From contig CAZXUJ010000003.1 of the NCBI GenBank assembly GCA_964643995.1, positions 349-64,348 on the forward strand: a stretch of 64,000 nt of DNA, given 5' to 3'. The position numbers and the translations under genes are program-made. How positions within the stretch are numbered: position 1 is the first letter of the stretch; every line of letters starts with the position of its first letter. Shown piece after piece: positions 47,404 through 56,200 of the stretch. The notes below the pieces were generated by a model. The model was not told where the DNA came from and did not search any database. It saw only the letters and a program-made list of their open reading frames with translations. Source of the stretch: an uncultured Candidatus Saccharibacteria bacterium (GTDB lineage Bacteria; Patescibacteriota; WWE3; UBA101185; UBA10185).

Positions 47404-48783
47404 ATGAAAGTTCTTTTTGTTACATCAGAAGCAGCTCCTATCAAAAAGTTCGGTGGTTTAGGAGATTTTTCTGGTTCATTACCCAAAGCATTGGAGCAGT
47501 TGGGGGTAGATGTAGATTTGATATTGCCCTTTTATATCGATGCTAAGATCCAAAATTTGAAATTGTATAAATCACTTGATCTTGGTATTGATTTTGACAA
47601 TCAGACAACTTCAGTTGAGATTTGGAAAACCAAGCTACCCAATAGTAATGTCGACCTCATACTACCAAAATATTCCAAGACTTTTTCAGGAAATTTTCTA
47701 ACAGATGTAGAGTTTTTTTCTTTTTTTGACAAAATCGTCGTCGAATACATCAAGTCTCAATACAACACTTACGATGTGGTTCATTGTAATGATTGGCACA
47801 CTGGTTTTATAACGCATTTACTTCACGACGAACTTGGTGAAGAGCGCCCAAAAACACTCCTTACAATTCATAATTTAGCGTATGCCGGTGTTAGTTCCCC
47901 CGAAATAATGCGTGAAGTTGGTTTCATACCTGGTCAGCATCCCTTGCTAGATTGGGATCTGTCTAACGGTGATGTCAGCATGCTCTTGCAGGGTATTGCT
48001 TCAAGCGACTATGTCAATACTGTATCCAAATCGTATGCAATCGAAATTGTTAATCCAAAAGAAACAGGGGAGTTAAACGATATAATAAGGAGCCGCAGTG
48101 CTAGGTTCAGCGGTATCCTCAATGGCATTGACTACTCAGAACTTCCTAGGAGTTTTAATGACTTGGACTGGAAGTCTTATAAGCTAAACATGAAATCCAA
48201 TCTTGCCAAAGAACTTAATCTTAAAAGCCCTACAGCTCCGATATTCTCTTTTGTATCCAGACTGGACCCCGGTCAAAAGGGTTTAGATATTCTATTTGAT
48301 GTAATTCCACATATTGTTGAGAGGGGTGGCCAATTCATTCTGTTAGGTACTGGAGCTCCTGAGTGGGAAAGTAAGTTTAGAGATATGTCTTTAAATCCAA
48401 AGCTTAGTGGTTCCATATCTATGATAATTAATTTCGACGTTAAACTAGCTGGCAGAATTTACGAGGGGAGTGATTTCTTTTTAGTTCCTTCAAAGTATGA
48501 GCCTTGTGGTTTAACTCAGATGATGGCAATGTGGTATGGAACCTTGCCCATTGTTCATAATGTTGGGGGGTTAAAAGATACTGTGCAAAATAGAGTTACT
48601 GGCTTCACATTTGATTTGTACAACTCGGTTGCATTCAAGGATTCGCTAGACGAGGCTTTTGCGGTTTTTGAAGACAAAACCTCATATGAAAAAATGGTTG
48701 TAGCCGCTATGAAAGAAGATAACAGCTGGGATAAAAGTGCAAAAGAGTATAAAAGCCTATATCATGTATTAGTAGATCTATGA
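47404..48783 (+). CDS. glgA: Glycogen/starch synthase (GT5), second copy
   Basis: SEAAPIKKFGGLGD, HCNDWHT, TIHNLAY, SRLDPGQKG, PSKYEPCGLTQM. Confidence 0.92.
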   Translation: MKVLFVTSEAAPIKKFGGLGDFSGSLPKALEQLGVDVDLILPFYIDAKIQNLKLYKSLDLGIDFDNQTTSVEIWKTKLPNSNVDLILPKYSKTFSGNFLTDVEFFSFFDKIVVEYIKSQYNTYDVVHCNDWHTGFITHLLHDELGEERPKTLLTIHNLAYAGVSSPEIMREVGFIPGQHPLLDWDLSNGDVSMLLQGIASSDYVNTVSKSYAIEIVNPKETGELNDIIRSRSARFSGILNGIDYSELPRSFNDLDWKSYKLNMKSNLAKELNLKSPTAPIFSFVSRLDPGQKGLDILFDVIPHIVERGGQFILLGTGAPEWESKFRDMSLNPKLSGSISMIINFDVKLAGRIYEGSDFFLVPSKYEPCGLTQMMAMWYGTLPIVHNVGGLKDTVQNRVTGFTFDLYNSVAFKDSLDEAFAVFEDKTSYEKMVVAAMKEDNSWDKSAKEYKSLYHVLVDL

Positions 48784-49715
48784 ACAAATTTTTATTCGAC
48801 CCATTAACAGGTGTGCCTACCATCTCGGCGACCAACCGATCACAAAGAACTGATCAAACTGGTGCTGTGAGAACAATACAAGCAGATGCTAAAGATGACA
48901 AAGCATCCGCAGAGCCTACTGAAAAAAAAGATTTTTTTGCCAAAGGTAACGAGCATCTCACCCCGCCAACGTTGTACCAGGATGCTGATGATTGGACCGT
49001 GCGTGTATTTTCAAACAAATTCCCTTTACTAGACGATCACGAAGTTATTGTACATTCTCCAGACCCAGTAAAAGATATAGAAGATTTTGACGTGTCCCAA
49101 GTAGTAAGCATCATTAGAGCCTATCTAAACCGTGTACAGCATTATAACATCCAAGAAAAAGAAGTTATCATATTTAACAACAAAGGTGGTAAGGCTGGCG
49201 CATCCTTGCTACACCCACATTCTCAACTGGTAGCCTCCAAAGGTTTTCCAGGAACAATCGAAAAGGAGAAGGAAAAGGCATTACACTATTATAATGAGCA
49301 TAACTCTTGCTATTGGTGTGATGAAATTGCTCAGGAGCTTGAATACAAAGAGCGCATTGTTGTGGAGAGTCAGCATTTTGTTGTTTACGTACCTTCTCCG
49401 TGTAGGTGGAGTTATGAAATGCAGCTTTCACCCAAACTCCACAGGCCTAACATGTTACACATAGATGAAACTGAAATACACGACTTAGCAAGTGTATTAC
49501 AGAAAGCGCTTCAGGCATACGCCAAACTTTTTGGCGGACCCGATAGAAACTTTTGGATTCATACTATGCGTTATGAACCATATCATTGGCATATCGGATT
49601 TATTGCACATATAAAGGTTTTTGGTGCCTTAGAACTTGGTGCGGGCATTTGGGTTAATGATAAGGCAACCCCAGAAGATGCCGCCAAACAGTTGCGCGAT
49701 GCCCTTAAGAATTAG
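48780..49715 (+). CDS. galT: GalT-like HIT nucleotidylyltransferase
   Basis: VRVFSNKFP, HEVIVHSP, GASLLHPHSQ, CYWC, YHWH. Confidence 0.85.
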   Translation: MNKFLFDPLTGVPTISATNRSQRTDQTGAVRTIQADAKDDKASAEPTEKKDFFAKGNEHLTPPTLYQDADDWTVRVFSNKFPLLDDHEVIVHSPDPVKDIEDFDVSQVVSIIRAYLNRVQHYNIQEKEVIIFNNKGGKAGASLLHPHSQLVASKGFPGTIEKEKEKALHYYNEHNSCYWCDEIAQELEYKERIVVESQHFVVYVPSPCRWSYEMQLSPKLHRPNMLHIDETEIHDLASVLQKALQAYAKLFGGPDRNFWIHTMRYEPYHWHIGFIAHIKVFGALELGAGIWVNDKATPEDAAKQLRDALKN

Positions 49716-49727
49716 GCTTTAAAAAAT

Positions 49728-49758
49728 AAAAAACCCCCGATTTCTCAGGGGTCTTTTT
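49728..49758. terminator. Bidirectional terminator between convergent galT and rplL
   Basis: AAAAACCCCCGA-TTTC-TCAGGGGTCTTTTT. Confidence 0.75.
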
Positions 49759-49785
49759 CTCATTTCTCTCTTATGTACTACACTT

Positions 49786-50202
49786 TTATTTGAGTTCTAC
49801 TTTTGCTCCAGCTTCTTCAAGCTTTTTCTTTGCAGCTCCAGCTTGTTCTTTCTTAGCACCTTCGATCAATGTTTTAGGTGCAGCCTCTACTAAGTTCTTA
49901 GCTTCTACTAAACCTAATGATTGGTCGATTTCTCTTACAGCTTTAATAACTGCAATTTTGTTGCTACCTGCATCGGCTAATACAACATCAAACTCTGTTT
50001 GCTCTTCACCAGCTTCTGCAGCAGGTGCGGCACCAGCCATAGGCATAGCTCCCATCATCATAGGTGCTGAGGCTGATACTCCGAATTTCTCTTCTAAAGC
50101 TTTAACTAAATCGTTAAGCTCTAAAACAGTCATCTTTTCTACCATATCCATAACTTTCTGTGCGTTTCCAGTTAGTTCTACTTGATCATTATCTTTTGAC
50201 AT
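49786..50202 (-). CDS. rplL: 50S ribosomal protein L7/L12
   Basis: [53 protein letters not shown]. Confidence 0.98.
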   Translation of the reverse strand: MSKDNDQVELTGNAQKVMDMVEKMTVLELNDLVKALEEKFGVSASAPMMMGAMPMAGAAPAAEAGEEQTEFDVVLADAGSNKIAVIKAVREIDQSLGLVEAKNLVEAAPKTLIEGAKKEQAGAAKKKLEEAGAKVELK

Positions 50203-50235
50203 TTAAATTGCACCTCCTTCATTAAATACTTTTTT

Positions 50236-50754
50236 CTAAGCTTCCTTTGTTTTAGCAATTTCTGACAAAGCATAAACGAAGTTTCTTTGTACTCCGCCTA
50301 GTACTCCAACAAAGCCGCTCAATGGAGCTTGCATGCTACCTAATACTTTTGCTATCAACTCTAGTCTGCTAGGTAGCTTGCTTAGAGTTTCTAGGTCTTT
50401 TAGACCTAACAGATTACCATCGACTATACCTGATTTCACAACAGGTAAGTCCTCATTATCTTCTGCAAACCTAAACAAGATTTTAAGAGCTTCCACAGCG
50501 TCTTCATATGAGAATATAGCCATAGTAGGTCCCTTTAGTTCTAGACCCTTTTTGTCTACAGCTATCTCCAGAAGTGTGTTTTTGGACACGCTTGCATCAG
50601 CACCTTTGTCTCGCAAAAGAGACCTTAGTTCAGCCACCTTTGTTGCAGAAAGACCATGATACTCGGTAAATATTATAGATTTAGAGTTAGTAACCTTGTC
50701 TTTGAGAAGGTCTACCACTTTAGATCTTACTTGTCTTCCTTTTGTATCTGTCAT
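50236..50754 (-). CDS. rplJ: 50S ribosomal protein L10
   Basis: EYHGLS, VSKNTL, LKGPT, LSKLPSRLELIAKVLGSMQAP. Confidence 0.97.
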   Translation of the reverse strand: MTDTKGRQVRSKVVDLLKDKVTNSKSIIFTEYHGLSATKVAELRSLLRDKGADASVSKNTLLEIAVDKKGLELKGPTMAIFSYEDAVEALKILFRFAEDNEDLPVVKSGIVDGNLLGLKDLETLSKLPSRLELIAKVLGSMQAPLSGFVGVLGGVQRNFVYALSEIAKTKEA

Positions 50755-50764
50755 CTTTTTTTGA

Positions 50765-50895
50765 CCTGTAAAATAAATAAATTATTCAAACTATCTTTGC
50801 TGGGTATACGAATAATAAGGTGGATTCACTAAATATTATCTTTTTACCTCGGCAAGATAATTAAGTCCTTTAGGACCCTTGCTGTCTTTGGTCAG
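50765..50895 (-). promoter_or_regulatory. Ribosomal protein L10 leader
   Basis: Minus strand ACCAAAGACAGCAAGG-GTCC..GGAC-TTAAT..CTTGCCGAGG resembles the L10-leader core; directly upstream of rplJ. Confidence 0.8.
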
Positions 50896-50921
50896 GCTTA
50901 CTATAGCACAAGGACCCTTGA

Positions 50922-53189
50922 TTACTCAAGGGTCTCGTTTGTTTCAGTAGTTTCATTTAGTTTTACCTCAGGTGCGTTTGTACCTTGGATTGTTTCAACC
51001 GCATCAGGTTTGGTTAAATTCTCTTGTTGCGTGACTGTGCCTTGTTGCTCGATTTGTGCCTGCTGATCTAGATCCTCAACTGTAGGGTTGGTCTTTTCTT
51101 GTCCGGCGGTTAGGTTTGCAACCTCAGCAATTTCGTCCTGTACTTTCTTATAGTCTTCAGACTCTTGATTAATTAACTTAGCGGTTAATTCCAATTCTCT
51201 TTGAGCTAAGGCATAGTTGTTTAGCTGCTTCAACGACTGTGCTAAATTGTAATGTGCATTGGCATAGTCAGCTTTTAGATTTGTAGCCTGGCGGAAGAGA
51301 TTAGCAGCAGACAAATAGTCCTTTTGTAAGTAGTAAACCCCACCTGCCTCTAAACGTAGTCTTGGGTTAGTTGGGTCTAATTGTATTGCTGTGTTATAAG
51401 CCCCGAGTGCCCATTGATCTGCATTCTCTGCTACACCAATTAATGATTTATACACACCGGCTCTAACTTCCCAGCTTCCTACCGCCAATGGGTTTATTGC
51501 TTCTGTTGATAATCTTACTTCCCTTATAGCCTGTGCAATAAGCGTTTGTATTGTTTGTTTCTCAGCATCCGTTAAGTTTTCCTTCTTAGCCAGATTTCCA
51601 GCAAGTAATAGATTGGTTTGGGCATATGTATTTCTGTACTCAGCTCTTTGTGGGTTGTAGTTAATCGCTTTCCTCTGATTTTCATATGTCTGTGTTCCGT
51701 CATTTACCAACGCCGCCTCGATGGATTTCCTTAAGTAATATTCCCCAGCGTATGCCTTATAAGTATAGTAAGAAACTGCTCCTGCGAATGCTATCAGGGG
51801 TATTATTGCCAAATATTGAAATGTTTCCCTTTTCCTGGAGTCGCTTGATTCTGTGAGGCTTCCGATCAATGCAATAGAACTTAATGATGATAGGCTTAAT
51901 TGGATCATTTCCACATAAGAATCGCCTCTTTTATTGTTTAGAGCATAAATACTAGTAAGTAGCCCTAAAGACAAGAATAGTATGAAGTTATTAAGTACTG
52001 TGGCATAGGTAAAGAAGTGTCCCACCACTAGTCCTACTATTATGGAACCTAAAACTATCGAAACACTCTCATTCTCATCGCCTGTTCTGTTTCTAAGTGC
52101 GAATCTGGTCAATCTTATCAATAAGAATGCAAATACAACGATACCAATTATTCCTAGTGTTCCCATGACATTGAATACTTCATTAAATGGTTTGTCGAAT
52201 CTAGCATTCCACAGATCGGTACTGTTAAGTCGCACAGGACGATATCTATTGTAGTTTAGGCTGAAGGTACCTGCTCCTGAACCCAACAATGGGAAATCAG
52301 TGACTGTAGATGAGGATACTATCCATGAGTCAGTAAAGGAAAGTACTGATTCCCGTGAAAAGTTTTCATTTTTAATTACTTCTCTGGTTTGTGGAAGACT
52401 TACGACTAGTATTATTGCACTAACAATTCCCAGGGTTGCCAACAAGAATGGATTATTTTTTTTCAAGAGATCCCTTTTTGTTTGTACTAATAAAACCGCA
52501 GCCCCCACGAGTAAAAATACCCATGCTGGCAGTGTGTTGTATAGTCCGATGATTATAGAGTTAACCATTAATACTTGCATCCAAACCACTTTGAGTAGGG
52601 TCGCTTCTGTGTTTAACAGTTGGTTTAAAGCAATAATCATTGCCACTGCAGCTATTAATGCTGTTGTAGTGGTTGACCCTGTTAACGTAAAGTTAGCTGA
52701 CTGTGCATATGTACTGCTTATTAGGTTTATTCCGAAATAGCTGAGCAATGCTACAACTGAAGATAAAGTTATACCTGCAACTAGTGCGATGAGTATCTTC
52801 TCAACCCATTTTTTTGTTGCATTGCTTAAAGCCATTGTATAGAAAAATGCGATAACAATTGAATAAGAGAATAAACTAGGGGACCATCGACCATATTTGC
52901 CGAAGATACTAATGTATTGACTAAGCGAAAATATACTTGATAAAACAATCACTCCCCCCATTAACATTAAAGGAAGATTCAATGGTGATTTAACAAATAT
53001 GACCTTTTTAGTCGTGAGTAATCTAATTGCCCAAAGAGTCAAGAGCACCACAGTAGTTAATGTCAAAAGCGTTAATTTGTTAAATTCAAAAAACTCCGTA
53101 GTTATTGGTAAGTAAAAAATTGGCATTAAAAATGCAAGTACTAGAGCGACGTAATACGTAGATTTTTCTAGGGTGGAATTTTGATTCAT
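50922..53189 (-). CDS. O-antigen-ligase (Wzy_C)-like membrane protein with C-terminal TPRs
   Basis: About 12 TM helices, PLLGSGAGTF, FDKPFNEVF..GTLGIIG, TPR helices (AIQLDPTNP, YANAHYNLA). Confidence 0.82.
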   Translation of the reverse strand: MNQNSTLEKSTYYVALVLAFLMPIFYLPITTEFFEFNKLTLLTLTTVVLLTLWAIRLLTTKKVIFVKSPLNLPLMLMGGVIVLSSIFSLSQYISIFGKYGRWSPSLFSYSIVIAFFYTMALSNATKKWVEKILIALVAGITLSSVVALLSYFGINLISSTYAQSANFTLTGSTTTTALIAAVAMIIALNQLLNTEATLLKVVWMQVLMVNSIIIGLYNTLPAWVFLLVGAAVLLVQTKRDLLKKNNPFLLATLGIVSAIILVVSLPQTREVIKNENFSRESVLSFTDSWIVSSSTVTDFPLLGSGAGTFSLNYNRYRPVRLNSTDLWNARFDKPFNEVFNVMGTLGIIGIVVFAFLLIRLTRFALRNRTGDENESVSIVLGSIIVGLVVGHFFTYATVLNNFILFLSLGLLTSIYALNNKRGDSYVEMIQLSLSSLSSIALIGSLTESSDSRKRETFQYLAIIPLIAFAGAVSYYTYKAYAGEYYLRKSIEAALVNDGTQTYENQRKAINYNPQRAEYRNTYAQTNLLLAGNLAKKENLTDAEKQTIQTLIAQAIREVRLSTEAINPLAVGSWEVRAGVYKSLIGVAENADQWALGAYNTAIQLDPTNPRLRLEAGGVYYLQKDYLSAANLFRQATNLKADYANAHYNLAQSLKQLNNYALAQRELELTAKLINQESEDYKKVQDEIAEVANLTAGQEKTNPTVEDLDQQAQIEQQGTVTQQENLTKPDAVETIQGTNAPEVKLNETTETNETLE

Positions 53190-53276
53190 ACCCTAAATGT
53201 TAAATGAATATTATATGACGTGTCAACAACCTAAAAATATCAGTTCTCATAAAGGGAAGCATTGTCCTTAAGAGCT

Positions 53277-56200
53277 TTATTCATTGAATCTCACGCTTGC
53301 GTTCTCGTTGTAAAGTTGTCGTACTTGATCCTCGGTTAATGGGTAGCGAAATATTCTAACATCGTCTATCATTCCATCGAAGTAGTCAGCGGGAGTACTT
53401 CCTGCATGGGCTCCAATCCTCATTGGGAGAACATTCACAGAATCTCCAATATTTGCAATTGTGCCACTTGTACTAGCTTTGTCTGGCACTCCATTTAAAT
53501 ATATGGTGCTATTGGTGTCGTTATCCTGATCAAAAACGAACACGACATGTTGCCAACCCGAAGAAGTTATAGCTGTTGTGCCTGTGACTGAAAATTCATC
53601 AGTTCCGTCTGCTATTTCAGCAAATAGAGTATCCGTAGTCGCATCTAGTACAACAGCATAGCCGTTTGACGATGCCGACAGGTTGTTTCTTTTCGAAATT
53701 AAGACATCCGTTGTAGTACTACTTTGTCTGTTTATCCACATGGAGACCGAAAAATCATATTGATCGTATAGGTCATTGGGGTTGGAATCCGCTACTTGGA
53801 AGTAATCATCTGTGCCGTCCAGATCTATACTTCCGTTTATCTTTCCTGATGCTCCGTTTGACCATGCGGTGGCAGTAGTAGTATTGCTTCCACTTGCCCC
53901 TATGGTTAAGGTACCATTTAGACCTTTAGCGCTGGCATCATAGATAGTTGTGCCCGTGCCTTCGTCAAGTCTCCACCAACCTTCGCCTTGGCCCCGGTTG
54001 TACTCATACGCAACTTGATCTCTCGTAAGGGCATATCTAAAAAACTTTACCTCATCAATTTTTCCATCAAAGGGGGCAGAGGCTACTCCAAGTAACCCGA
54101 TTCTAGCACTCTGTGATGTTGTTAAGTCTCCAACATTTGCAATAGTACCTGTTGTTCCAGCTTTGTCTTCGAGTCCGTTTACATATATTTGTGAATTTGT
54201 TGCGCTGTCCTGATCAAAAACGACGACAATATGATTCCATCCTGTAGATGTTATGGCTGTAGTTCCAGTAAAGGAGAATTCATCGGTACCATCAGATACC
54301 TCCACATATACAACATCAGTGCTAGCTGTTAGCCCAATACCATATCCACCCTGAGTAGCACTTGTTCCAGCCCTTTTAGAAAAAATTGTGTCGTCAGTTG
54401 TGAACGTATCTCTATTTACCCAAAAACTGAAGCTAAAGTCGTCAGTATCTGCAATTGTGTAGTCACTAAGATTTCCGATATTAACATTGGAGGAGCTCCC
54501 ATCAAAGTCCAAAGCGCTTCCAAAGACGCCTGGGACCCAAGCTGTAGAGTTAAGAGTACCGTTGTTTGCCCTTGTGGAAACATCATATGTTGTTGAAGTC
54601 CCAGTATTTTCGTCAAATCGAAACCATCCGGTTGGTCCGGATCCAAATCCATTCAGAAGATTGCTTTGTTCATCTGTTCCTACACCAAAATTAATGCCCG
54701 ATCCAATGTTATAGTCAACTCTTATTTCACTTGAAGTTAATTCGGAGGAGTATATCTTAAATTCATCCATACGCCCATCGAAGTTCGCAGTACTTGTTCC
54801 TCCTATAGATAAATCATCTGATTCTGCTGCAGGGTCTCCCGAACCATTTGTACTTGTTCCCCTCAGTTCACCGTCTATCCAGACGCTAACTTCATCGTCA
54901 CTGTCATTAGAATATGTAACAGCGATGTATGTCCAGGAACCTATGGTAGCCCCATCTGTTATCGTTAATGTAGCATCCGAGGTTGCTAGGTCTAAGCTTA
55001 CGTCTATATCTACTAGCCCTCCTGATTCATTACTAGTTCGAAGATATGTGTTTCCTCCTTTATAAATTATCTGTCCTACATCGTTTTCTCCGTCACTATC
55101 TATATACACCCAGCTACTAAAAGTGAATCCGTCGTTAAGTCCCTCGTTTAGATCTATTGCGGTAGTGTTTGTCACTAGTACACGGTCTCCAGTGCCATTG
55201 AAGTCTAGGCATCCATTTACTTTGCAGTTGGACCCTGTGCGCCATGCAGGTGCTGGGGTTAACGCACCAACTATAGCAGCTTGTGACGAATTCTCGTTAT
55301 TTAGTGTTGTGCCCTGCAGCTCCTCCATTTTGTAATATACTACTTGTGAGGCTATAGGTGATCCCCCTGCTGGGTGTCCGCCATTCATGTCCTCAATGCT
55401 CTGTGTATCGGTTCTAACATAGTTGTAAATTTTTATTTCGTCCATTGTTCCTACAAACTGGTTTGTATAAGTGTCTGGCATTGCGTAGTCGATATGAAGT
55501 TTTGGTGCATTTGTAGCGGGTGTTCCGTAGTCATACATTCTATAAACCTCTCTTGCAGATGATTCGCATGCACTGTTGTCCTGGTCACTGTTATTGACAA
55601 TTGCTAAATCATTTCCGCTTGCCCATCCAGCTCTACCAACTACCTGAGTTATTGCAAGTCCCAGCATCGTTCGCAACCCTGTTGAGGTTGGGTACGAGTA
55701 AGCTGTGTTATTAGAGTGGCTTGAGTTTACTGTTTCTGCCGCTATGTATTCGTTTACTATAGCTCTTGCTCCTGGAGGACTGCCAGACGAAAACGTAGCT
55801 GTATCATCTTCCTCAATTGCGGTTAATCTCCAGCAGACATTAGTCGATTCTGCACCATCCTTCATTAATGTTAGATAGGCACTAGTAATTTCCGCACCTC
55901 TTGTGAGGGTAACGTTGTTAAATCTGAACCCTTGGCCATAGCTTGCATTTGGCGAGGTACCTACGCCTCCAACTGGTCCTGTTGTAGCCGTATCATCATA
56001 GGCAATATCGTTATATGCTACATCGTCAGTTCCTGCAGCAATAGTAAGATCCAGAGATCCTGTAGCGCCCCCCAATGTTACATCGGTTCCTATATATAGC
56101 ATGTTCGAGGCATCAGAAATCGACGAGGGTATCGTACCCGTTACTGTTGCAGCTTTTTCCACACCATTTACGAATACTTCTATTGTTTGTGCGCTAGCAG

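Noticed and set aside
49790-50659. Plus-strand ORFs opposite rplL/rplJ, and the many other antisense ORFs in the track (e.g. 58844-63997)
   Set aside because: Shadow frames of well-supported genes with no independent motifs.
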